This document shows positions 1 to 6,978 of a DNA stretch of 18,802 nt, piece by piece (positions within the stretch are counted from its first letter, which is position 1; every line of letters starts with the position of its first letter). The position numbers and the translations under genes were made by a program. The DNA comes from a virus: the IMG/VR virus record IMGVR_UViG_3300045988_025623; one strand, written 5' to 3'. The notes beneath the pieces are model-generated. The model was not told the DNA's origin. It worked only from the letters and a program-made list of their open reading frames with translations, and did not search any database.

Positions 1-52
1 CATACGAGCTTTCTGCCTGTCTCGTGGGCTCGGAGATGTGTATAAGAGACAG
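1..52. other. Illumina Nextera/Tn5 adapter read-through (sequencing artefact, not phage DNA)
   Basis: Bases 19-52 read GTCTCGTGGGCTCGGAGATGTGTATAAGAGACAG, the Nextera transposase adapter including the mosaic end. Bases 11-18 (TTCTGCCT) are the reverse complement of an 8-nt index AGGCAGAA. Bases 1-10 resemble the flow-cell adapter tail with one mismatch. Confidence 0.97.
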
Positions 53-86
53 GCCCAGTAGCTATCCTTTTTCCACAACCGCTCTA

Positions 87-166
87 TTCTGTGTTTCGTT
101 ATTGCGTTCTGTTCTGTGTTTTTCATTGCTGTTCCTTCTGTGTTGTTTGTTATCGCTTTCTGTATC
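87..166 (+). repeat. Iteron-like degenerate tandem repeats (22-25 bp period, core TTCTGTGTT) inside the ITR, mirrored at 18637-18716
   Basis: TTCTGTGTT occurs at 87-95, 112-120 and 136-144, with a degenerate fourth unit TTCTGTA at 158-164. The units share a TTCTGTGTT..tt.ATtGC pattern. Confidence 0.6.
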
Positions 167-198
167 TTCTATTTTACTGGCTTTGTTTGTGTTGTCAA

Positions 199-269
199 TT
201 CGGCGTGTCGTTTTGTCTTGTTTTTTAAGCGCGTAGTTTGTTGCCGTTTTTCATTGTTCGGCGTGTCGT
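199..269 (+). repeat. 13-bp direct repeat TTCGGCGTGTCGT x2 (199-211 and 257-269) inside the ITR, mirrored at 18534-18604
   Basis: Two exact 13-mers 58 bp apart, each preceded by CA(A)TT and followed by a T/G-rich run. Confidence 0.7.
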
Positions 270-279
270 GTTTTGGGTG

Positions 280-288
280 TGGTATTAT
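280..288 (+). promoter_or_regulatory. Candidate extended -10 promoter (TGgTATTAT) in the left ITR, facing inward toward ORF 308-565
   Basis: TGGTATTAT lies about 20-40 nt upstream of the possible starts at 308, 317 and 329. I saw no convincing -35 element. Confidence 0.35.
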
Positions 289-307
289 GTAGGTATCAAC
301 CAAGGTT

Positions 308-565
308 ATGGAAAGGATGGTGGTTGATATGTATTACGCGGTGGATACTTCTAGCGAGACGGTTCATGCGTTTCGTACTCGTTCGTACCGTGATAGTTAT
401 GTGATTAGTAATTATGAGGGTAAGGCTATTACTCCGAATGAGGCGCGTGCTATCATGGCTGATTATATTGGTGAGCCTAAGACTATGTATAGTATGAAGC
501 AATTGTGTGCGCGTTATGATCATCGGTGCCGTTTTGATGGTTGCATGTTGGGAATAGCTAGGTAA
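308..565 (+). CDS. Hypothetical protein, the only rightward gene (start may be 308, 317 or 329)
   Basis: 85-aa ORF with ordinary amino-acid composition. Its stop at 563-565 is followed 11 nt later by a strong terminator hairpin. GGTGG lies 5 nt upstream of the ATG at 329. Codons end mostly in T, unlike the other genes. The antisense ORF 296-577 is low-complexity. Confidence 0.5.
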   Translation: MERMVVDMYYAVDTSSETVHAFRTRSYRDSYVISNYEGKAITPNEARAIMADYIGEPKTMYSMKQLCARYDHRCRFDGCMLGIAR

Positions 566-576
566 GCGATATAACA

Positions 577-605
577 AATAAGCCCCGCGAATTGCGGGGC
601 TTATT
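577..605. terminator. Bidirectional rho-independent terminator between the convergent genes
   Basis: 12-bp perfect stem AATAAGCCCCGC / GCGGGGCTTATT with loop GAATT. T-rich sequence follows on both strands. It lies between the stop at 565 (+) and the stop at 618 (-). Confidence 0.8.
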
Positions 606-617
606 CATGCCGGTAGG

Positions 618-1670
618 CTAGTAGTAGAGTACTTCTCCGGGGTAAATGAGGTTCATATCACCCGAGCTGTACCCGGTAATGTTGTACATGCTGATACCGA
701 GCCATACAGCGATGCCCGATAGCGTGTCGCCCGGCTGTACCACATACGTGCGTGCTGCCGTGGCGCTGCCGCCACCATTATGGCACACGGTATCGCCGGG
801 GTACACTACGGACGGGTTTCCGCTGGGAACAGTGACGTTCCACCAGTCTGCCCAGAACATCGAAACGTACTGACCAGACTGGATGACAACGCAATTGGTG
901 TCGCATGTGGTGTCCGGCGTGCTGGGTTGTGGCGTGGGTTGCGGTGCTGGCGCGGGTGCGACTTGTCCGCTACCCGCATATGCATACCACGTATTGAGGT
1001 CGCCGTAAACCACGCTCAGGTCAAGCGCTCCACCCCAGTCACCAACATAGCCGGTGCTAGTGTATTGCCATGCGACTGCGAACGGCCAATGATAGATCGT
1101 GGGCTGAGCGCTCGGCGGGTTAAAACCATAGATTGGCGTATAACCCAAGGTGTATGCGGCAATCCACAGCCCATAATCACCCGCAACCACACTATTCCAG
1201 TCGTAGGAATTTTCCGTGAATTGGTTCATGTAGATTATTGGTTTGGTGCCCCATGCGGCTTCTACGGTTTTGAGCCATGTGAGGGCCCAACCGGTATCCC
1301 ACGGGGCGGACGGTTCCCAGTCGAGAATAGGCACGATACCCTTACCGATGTAGCCGCGCGTGTTGTCGATAAAGTAGTTGGCTTCGCTCAGCGCATTGTT
1401 TTCGGTGTGGGCGAAGTGATACACGCCTACGCCCTGTCCTGCCGCCAAGGCGTCCTGTACCACGCGGTCGCAATCCGGGTTGACGTATCCGATGCCCTCG
1501 GTTGCCTTGGCTACCACAATTTGCGCACCGGATGTGGTGACGTTGATACCGGTTTGCCAACTGGAAACATCAATCATGTCCGCTGCGCTTGCTACCGGCG
1601 CGAATGCCAGCAGTAGTGCGGCGATTGCTGCAATCGCACTATAGGCGATGGCCTTAATCTTCCGTATCAT
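618..1670 (-). CDS. Endolysin: N-terminal signal peptide + GH25 muramidase + Pro-rich linker + LysM-type wall-binding repeat(s)
   Basis: The N-terminus MIRKIKAIAYSAIAAIAALLLAFAPVASA/AD has the basic n-region, hydrophobic core and AxA site of a signal peptide. GH25 hallmarks are DVSSWQ, AKATEG, GVYHFA and LDWE. The linker is PAPAPQPTPQP. The C-terminus YVVQPGDTLSGIA...IYPGEVL matches LysM. RBS GAAAGGA precedes the ATG. Confidence 0.9.
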   Translation of the reverse strand: MIRKIKAIAYSAIAAIAALLLAFAPVASAADMIDVSSWQTGINVTTSGAQIVVAKATEGIGYVNPDCDRVVQDALAAGQGVGVYHFAHTENNALSEANYFIDNTRGYIGKGIVPILDWEPSAPWDTGWALTWLKTVEAAWGTKPIIYMNQFTENSYDWNSVVAGDYGLWIAAYTLGYTPIYGFNPPSAQPTIYHWPFAVAWQYTSTGYVGDWGGALDLSVVYGDLNTWYAYAGSGQVAPAPAPQPTPQPSTPDTTCDTNCVVIQSGQYVSMFWADWWNVTVPSGNPSVVYPGDTVCHNGGGSATAARTYVVQPGDTLSGIAVWLGISMYNITGYSSGDMNLIYPGEVLYY

Positions 1671-2019
1671 TGTTTTCCTTTCTGTTAATGTTGAAAATGT
1701 TGAGTATGTTCGAACCGGATAGTTCGGGGTTGATTTTTACGCAATTCTCCATAATCGAGGTAATCTCAATCAGGCAGATACCCACGCAAACCGGAATAAA
1801 CACGGGTAGTTCTATCCCCAAGTCGATATAATCCGAGCCGTACTCTACAATCAACGCCACGCAAATTACCGCAAGGTACGCGAATTTATGCCCGAGGCCC
1901 TGCCGCATTCTCTCGCTGGATAATTCTCCGTGCATAATCGCGTTTACCACGCCGGTAATATAGTCAATCAGCACCAACAAAAATACGATACCGATAACAA
2001 TTAGTTCATGGATTGGCAT
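1654..2019 (-). CDS. Holin (multi-TM, phage holin 4 / TcdE-like pattern)
   Basis: 121 aa with about 3-4 hydrophobic segments. It contains DYITG near the N-terminus, an IEITSIMEN motif and a charged C-terminal tail. The gene sits immediately upstream of the endolysin and overlaps it by 17 nt. RBS GAGGA is 6 nt before the ATG. Confidence 0.8.
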   Translation of the reverse strand: MPIHELIVIGIVFLLVLIDYITGVVNAIMHGELSSERMRQGLGHKFAYLAVICVALIVEYGSDYIDLGIELPVFIPVCVGICLIEITSIMENCVKINPELSGSNILNIFNINRKENNDTED

Positions 2020-2028
2020 GGATGTTCC

Positions 2029-3156
2029 TCACTTTCTTATGCCTGATTGTTGTAACAAGCCGCCAAGAATCATACTGAACTCCGCCTTGATTTGCGGTGT
2101 CTCGAAACGTAATCGTCCGACGCGATAGGCGTTCAGTATTTTTTGTGTCATATCGTCCGAACGTTTCAACATCATGCAATCATTATCCACCAGTCGATAA
2201 TCAAACGTAAAATCACGAGTGATTTTAGGCTGTTTCTTAGTGATGATATACAATACTTCATCGGTATCACTCAATTGCTGATATACGTTGAAAATACCGT
2301 ATTCGGTGGTTCTTAATGTGAATGCATAACCGGCGTTATTAAAATCACTAATGAGAGTATTAGCGTTATCCCTAAAATCATTATTGATTGCATAATTCGC
2401 ATAATTCTCATCATATTTGCGTAAAAAAGTGCCGAATTTGGATGTGGCCACCTTGGCACTGAAGCCGCCATAATCGGCCAGTTCCACCATGATAAACCCG
2501 TCGCAATAGCGTTGGTATTGCGTGTGATTATCCAACTGCGGTTTCAGGTTGATATTGAATGCCGAAAAATACGGGTTAGCGAGGGTCACTGCGTTGCTGC
2601 ACATGATGACCCTAACCCTATCGTTCCAGCGGTCTACTGTATTGTAGAATTCCTCAAGCGCGGTTACTTCGCCGCCCAAATAGCGCATGTTATCGGGGAA
2701 TATTTCGTCAAAAATAATGGTTCGTACCTTGGGGTAGGCGACTGATTTCACCTGTCCCGCCTGTGATAGGGCGATAAAATACCCCATGATATGCCATGTA
2801 GGGCGCTGTTTGCCGTGCTTGTCGGTGGTGGCGTCCCTATCGTCAATCCAATGGCACTCGGCTTGATTGCCGGACACGCGAAACTCTAGTTCCGGGTATT
2901 GTTCCGCGATATCCGCAAACCACGTGCCTTTATTCTTTTGCTCTTCTGCCGTCCGGCGCAGGTAGATGAATTGCCAGCGTTTTTTAATCCAGTCACCGAT
3001 GACGAGTTTTTTAGCACCATAGGTTTTGCCGAGGCCGCGCGCGCCGATGACGAACATCCAAGGCGCGTGATAGGACAGTACGCGCCCGTAATCGTAGTAA
3101 TCGCCCTCGCTTAACAGCCTTTCCATACTATCCACACTACCGTACGACAACGACAA
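2029..3156 (-). CDS. DNA encapsidation (packaging) ATPase, phi29 gp16-like (start TTG 3156 or ATG 3126)
   Basis: Walker A is VIGARGLGKTY and Walker B is TIIFDEIF. FIYLRRT and CSNAVTLANPYFSAFNI align by eye with phi29 gp16 (FVIGARGIGKSY, FIYVRRY, TIVFDEF, LSNAVSVVNPYF). Confidence 0.9.
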   Translation of the reverse strand: MSLSYGSVDSMERLLSEGDYYDYGRVLSYHAPWMFVIGARGLGKTYGAKKLVIGDWIKKRWQFIYLRRTAEEQKNKGTWFADIAEQYPELEFRVSGNQAECHWIDDRDATTDKHGKQRPTWHIMGYFIALSQAGQVKSVAYPKVRTIIFDEIFPDNMRYLGGEVTALEEFYNTVDRWNDRVRVIMCSNAVTLANPYFSAFNINLKPQLDNHTQYQRYCDGFIMVELADYGGFSAKVATSKFGTFLRKYDENYANYAINNDFRDNANTLISDFNNAGYAFTLRTTEYGIFNVYQQLSDTDEVLYIITKKQPKITRDFTFDYRLVDNDCMMLKRSDDMTQKILNAYRVGRLRFETPQIKAEFSMILGGLLQQSGIRK

Positions 3157-3176
3157 CCGGTAGATATCTACCGGTT
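3155..3176. repeat. 22-bp perfect palindrome AACCGGTAGATATCTACCGGTT at the hydrolase/ATPase junction
   Basis: Lies between the stop at 3187 and the ATPase start, and coincides with the GC-content drop into the ATPase gene. It could form a stem-loop in the mRNA. Confidence 0.6.
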
Positions 3177-3186
3177 TATCGTTGTG

Positions 3187-4440
3187 TTAAAAGTTCGGCG
3201 GGGCGCTGGTGCCGTCCCATACGTTCAACAGCGAATAGGCGGTATTGTAGCGTGTACCATATGGCCCGAACGGGGATGTGTTGAGGATATTGTTATACAG
3301 TTGGGTAAGCGATGAAGCGTGTGGCACGTTCAACGCGCCCGCGGGGCTTTGGTGATAGGCGCACGTCCATAGTATCTGCATTTTCACGTCATCATACGTC
3401 TGCGGATAACTCTCGTAATCCTCCGCGAACTGGTTCCGCTGGCCTTGACGGGATTCCGTGCGCCGCGCCCACGTCCGGAATGCGGCAACCTCACTGCCGG
3501 TCATCGCCCTGTTGAACGTGCCGCCCGATTCCATAAGCGCGGCGATACTCGGCGCGGCGGCGGCAAACGCCTCATACCCCGCAGCGTCAACCGCCTTCAT
3601 CGCATTCAACACCTGCAAGCGGCGTCCGAATGACCATTGTGCGATACCGATACCCTGATTATTGGATTCCACAGCATCCCAGCGTAATGATGATTCCACG
3701 GTGCCGATGACGTAGAGCGCGTAGGAGCTTTCTCCGTCGCCCACGCTTGGCGTGCCCTGCCCCTGGTCGGCGTCCGGCTGACCTTTGCCGCCACGATACA
3801 CCCACGTCTGGGCGCTCGACTTGTAGAAAATGGCTTGCGATGCCGTCGTGCCCGAACCACTGTGATAAATGAGATTATCACCCTGCAATTGGATCCACGC
3901 GGAGATATCGCCATCCACGCTCACGCCCGGATTATTGCCGCCTGTTGGATTATCCCCGGATTCCGGCGGTTCCGGCAGTGCCGTGGGATGCAAGTAGCCG
4001 AGTAGCTGCGACCCCTTCATGAGCGGTAAGGTTTGATGCACTGCGGGTGTCGGGTTTTGGGTCAATACATCGATGGTATCCCCTTGGATACCACCCCATA
4101 CGATGGCCACGTGTGAACCTGTGTAGATTTGACTGCCGAACGTCCAAAACACTACATCGCCCATGCCGGGCGTGTAATTCGCGTCCTTTTTCTCAAAAAC
4201 GCGCCCCACAGCGGACGTGGTGGGGAACATGGTGTAATTACCCTCCGCATAGCCTGTCGGGGTGATGCAATCGCCTAACGACAGATTGTAATTATCCATG
4301 CAGTATTTTGCCCATAAATCCCAGCACTGGGCACCATAGCTACCGTCCATATCCCAATATTGGTTTTGGGTACGTTCCAACCATGCTCGTACATCTACCA
4401 TGATATTAGTATACCCCGCCCGGCGTACCGGACGGGGCAT
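3187..4440 (-). CDS. Tail-associated peptidoglycan hydrolase: N-terminal CHAP peptidase + C-terminal lytic-transglycosylase-like domain (position of phi29 gp13)
   Basis: CHAP Cys/His motifs are YGAQCWDLW and GSHVAIVWGG. The C-terminal half shows the SLT-like pattern GTVES...GIGIAQW...CAYHQSP. The start is uncertain: the ATG at 4440 has no SD, and an alternative ATG lies at 4401. Confidence 0.8.
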   Translation of the reverse strand: MPRPVRRAGYTNIMVDVRAWLERTQNQYWDMDGSYGAQCWDLWAKYCMDNYNLSLGDCITPTGYAEGNYTMFPTTSAVGRVFEKKDANYTPGMGDVVFWTFGSQIYTGSHVAIVWGGIQGDTIDVLTQNPTPAVHQTLPLMKGSQLLGYLHPTALPEPPESGDNPTGGNNPGVSVDGDISAWIQLQGDNLIYHSGSGTTASQAIFYKSSAQTWVYRGGKGQPDADQGQGTPSVGDGESSYALYVIGTVESSLRWDAVESNNQGIGIAQWSFGRRLQVLNAMKAVDAAGYEAFAAAAPSIAALMESGGTFNRAMTGSEVAAFRTWARRTESRQGQRNQFAEDYESYPQTYDDVKMQILWTCAYHQSPAGALNVPHASSLTQLYNNILNTSPFGPYGTRYNTAYSLLNVWDGTSAPPNF

Positions 4441-4454
4441 GTTTCACGTGAAAC
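4441..4454. repeat. Copy 1 of the 14-bp perfect palindrome GTTTCACGTGAAAC (intergenic)
   Basis: Fills the 16-bp gap between the fibre stop (4457-4459) and the ATG at 4438-4440. Confidence 0.95.
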
Positions 4455-4456
4455 GT

Positions 4457-5902
4457 TTACCACGGGTAGCACACAAAGCAACCATTATTGCCGCCCGCCG
4501 TGCTGCCGTAATAGGAGATACGCGGGGAGCTGGTCGTGCTGTTATCCGTGCCGGTCAGCAGCCAGCCGCTCACGGCACTACCGGAATTGGTCAGGCCCGC
4601 TCCCCATGCACGGAACTGGTCGGGGGCGGAACCGGCGGACGTTCTGGCCCAGCTCGGGAAGTTCACACCGGCCTGCAAGTCACTGTTAGTGGCCACACCC
4701 TCGCCCCAAAGCGAGGCGAACACCATGCCGCCCGAGGCCACGACGTTGCTGCGCACGTGACCATTGGACGATTGGACGGTGGCCGCTTCATAGCGCCCGG
4801 TGTACGTGCCCCGAATGGCGGATGCCATATAGGATGCGATGACCTTGGCACCGTTCGCGTTGGGGTGAATATCTCCGCTGGAAAAATTGGAATCGTTGCC
4901 GATGTTCCACGTCCAAGCCCAATCGACGTTTTCCACACCGTTCGCGGCGGCAGCCTCCGCTACGCCCGCCGCCTTCTGTCGCCCATACATATCCATGCCC
5001 GCGTTATGCCAGAGCATCGGCACGGCGATGATTCGAGCCTTGGGGAATTTGCTGCGCGCATTGGAGAATGTCGCGTCTGCGTATGACTTCATTTGTGAGG
5101 TGGTGGCGATATCGTTACGCCCGCCTCCGATGATGATAATCGCCACGTCATCGTTATCAATGGACGGAGCGCTGTAGGCGTTGTTAATCTGGTCGGTGAA
5201 CGTCTTGCCCGACACATTGAACCCAGCGCCGGTCACGGCGTAGTTTTTCACCTGATAATCGTTGCCGATGATGTTACGGAGCTGCGTCGGCCACTTGGTT
5301 GCGTCCGTGCCGTCCGGGTTGGCGGTGTTGGACGAATTGGCGTAGCTGTCCCCGATGCACAAACAGATAGGCAACTGGTCTTCGGGGGCCGTTTCCAACG
5401 CTTGAATACGCTGGTTCAACTGTTGTGCTGTACCCGAATATCCGCCCTGCTGAGTATAGCGCGCTTCGGCCTGAGAGCGCGTATACACGTCCGCCGTGTT
5501 GGCTTTGCCGTCTACGGTACTGGACAGCGAAGCCACGGTGCTTTGCAATGCCGTCAGCGCCGTGGCTTCTGCCTTGCCATTGATGGTGGACATGAGGTTC
5601 TGCGCGCTCGGTACGGACGTGACGCCGAGCGCATTGAAGTACGATGCCTGCTCGGCAATGTCTGTCGCGTTGGCCTGCGCAAGCTCCGCCGCGTTGTCGG
5701 CGGATTCCTTGGCCGCGTCCGCCGCTGTTTTCGCGTTATTCGCCGCCGCCGTCGCCGTGGTGATGTTGGTCGCGTTGGCGTACATCTGATTATCGATCTT
5801 CGTCATGGCGTCGGTAAAATCACCACGCCACGACGGCCTATCGTTCGGATTGTCACCAAATGTCGGCAGATTGTAATGCCCGGTATGCTGTGTGGCAGAC
5901 AT
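4457..5902 (-). CDS. Tail fibre/appendage protein with coiled-coil shaft and C-terminal SGNH/GDSL hydrolase (esterase) domain
   Basis: SGNH blocks are CIGDSYANSS (GDS), IIGGGRNDI (GxND) and SGDIHPNANG (DxxH). The shaft is Ala/Thr/Asn-rich. The N-terminus MSATQHTGHYNLPTF...DRPSWRGDF...KID is shared with the upstream ORF. I chose the ATG at 5902 because AGGAGA lies 9 nt upstream; the longest ORF extends to 5971. Confidence 0.75.
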   Translation of the reverse strand: MSATQHTGHYNLPTFGDNPNDRPSWRGDFTDAMTKIDNQMYANATNITTATAAANNAKTAADAAKESADNAAELAQANATDIAEQASYFNALGVTSVPSAQNLMSTINGKAEATALTALQSTVASLSSTVDGKANTADVYTRSQAEARYTQQGGYSGTAQQLNQRIQALETAPEDQLPICLCIGDSYANSSNTANPDGTDATKWPTQLRNIIGNDYQVKNYAVTGAGFNVSGKTFTDQINNAYSAPSIDNDDVAIIIIGGGRNDIATTSQMKSYADATFSNARSKFPKARIIAVPMLWHNAGMDMYGRQKAAGVAEAAAANGVENVDWAWTWNIGNDSNFSSGDIHPNANGAKVIASYMASAIRGTYTGRYEAATVQSSNGHVRSNVVASGGMVFASLWGEGVATNSDLQAGVNFPSWARTSAGSAPDQFRAWGAGLTNSGSAVSGWLLTGTDNSTTSSPRISYYGSTAGGNNGCFVCYPW

Positions 5903-5915
5903 TGTTACTTTTCTC

Positions 5916-6332
5916 CTATTCTGTGGTGCCGACACGAACGATGCCGTTCGCATCCTTGTACAGTGAATCAAGCTCGGTCGCCGTCAACCCGAGCGTGCCG
6001 GGCTGCGAGGCGGTTTTATCGACCTTACCCGCAAGCCCCGAAGTGAGGGCGGATGTGGTGGCGAAGCCGCTTGTATCCGGAATATCGGTCTTACGGGCGA
6101 TAGTGGCCGCCACTCCCAGCGGTGAACCGGACGTGCCGTTACCGGTAAGGTCGGCAGTGTGCGACACCGACGTAAGGCCGCCCGCAGCGGCAGACGCGAT
6201 GTCATCCGCGTTCTGCTTGAGCTGTGCATCGATTTTCGCCATGTCGCCGTTATAATCACCGAGCCACGTGGGCCGGTCGGTACCGACGAACTGACTTAGA
6301 TTATAATTTTCGGTATGGTTGGTTGCGGTCAT
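5916..6332 (-). CDS. Tail fibre-like protein, a paralog of the N-terminal anchor domain of the SGNH fibre
   Basis: MTATNHTENYNLSQF..DRPTWLGDY..MAKID parallels the N-terminus of the 4457-5902 product. RBS AGGAAAGGA precedes the start. Confidence 0.55.
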   Translation of the reverse strand: MTATNHTENYNLSQFVGTDRPTWLGDYNGDMAKIDAQLKQNADDIASAAAGGLTSVSHTADLTGNGTSGSPLGVAATIARKTDIPDTSGFATTSALTSGLAGKVDKTASQPGTLGLTATELDSLYKDANGIVRVGTTE

Positions 6333-6337
6333 GATGG

Positions 6338-6973
6338 TTATCCTTTCCTGTCAAAATTATCTGCGGTTGGGTTGCGTTCGACATAGCGCGCATCCGCTTC
6401 AGATTGCGTGATAAACGCCATGTCGACCACAGGGTTTTCGGGCATGGACTTTCCGTAGGGGAATTGCGACCTGCCGGGGAAGTCTCCCGGCACACAATTA
6501 TCCACGGCGGTCGCCTTGAGGTCGTACTCGCGCGCATTGAGCGTAAGCCCGTCGTATTCCTGAGCGGTCAACTGCATATCATCGTAGTCACCCCAGAACA
6601 GCCCATGATTGCGCGCGTTGTCGTACATAGCGCCCAGCACGTCCCCAAGCGGTTGCGTGGTGCCGTATACCGGGGAGGTTGCCACGCCTTGTTGCTCCAT
6701 TTCGTGAATGAGGGCCAGCAACTCCGCGCGCAGCTCAGCCATATTCTTGTTGAGCTGTGTTACGGTATCCATAAGGGCCTTGTCTACGGATGTTGCGAGG
6801 TCGGCGGTGGTGTCCTCCAGCTTGCTGAGGTCGCATTGAATAATGTCAAGATTATGTTTCAGGCATTCGACCAACTGTAAGGTTGTTAACCCGTCGCGAT
6901 AGGTGAACGGCACGGATGTGGGTATCCCGTCGAACAATCGTTGCCGTGGAATTAATGCGTTAATGGCAACCAT
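6338..6973 (-). CDS. Putative tail/collar-associated structural protein (coiled-coil), function unknown
   Basis: 211-aa ORF between the lower collar and fibre genes. GGGAG lies 8 nt upstream of the ATG at 6973. No recognisable catalytic motif. Confidence 0.4.
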   Translation of the reverse strand: MVAINALIPRQRLFDGIPTSVPFTYRDGLTTLQLVECLKHNLDIIQCDLSKLEDTTADLATSVDKALMDTVTQLNKNMAELRAELLALIHEMEQQGVATSPVYGTTQPLGDVLGAMYDNARNHGLFWGDYDDMQLTAQEYDGLTLNAREYDLKATAVDNCVPGDFPGRSQFPYGKSMPENPVVDMAFITQSEADARYVERNPTADNFDRKG

Positions 6974-6978
6974 GATTA

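Larger units (their letters stand above)
53..328. repeat. Left inverted terminal repeat (ITR) of a linear, protein-primed phage genome
   Basis: Position p is the exact reverse complement of position 18803-p for p=1..328. I checked this by hand over 237-328, and the identical 70-aa ORF translations at 24-236 and 18567-18779 cover the rest. Identity breaks at 329 (a 1-nt indel followed by 7 more matching bases) and each side continues into unique sequence. Confidence 0.85.

Noticed and set aside
24-236. 70-aa ORF (and its mirror at 18567-18779) at the contig ends
   Set aside because: It starts inside the Nextera adapter (GTG at 24) and runs through the T-rich ITR repeats. The translation is low-complexity Leu/Ser/Cys/Phe. 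Its duplication is simply the ITR, so it is not a gene.
296-577. 93-aa minus-strand ORF antisense to 308-565
   Set aside because: Its composition is low-complexity Thr/Ile/His/Arg/Leu. It would have to start within the terminator hairpin (577-605), whose position after the 563-565 stop fits the plus-strand ORF instead.
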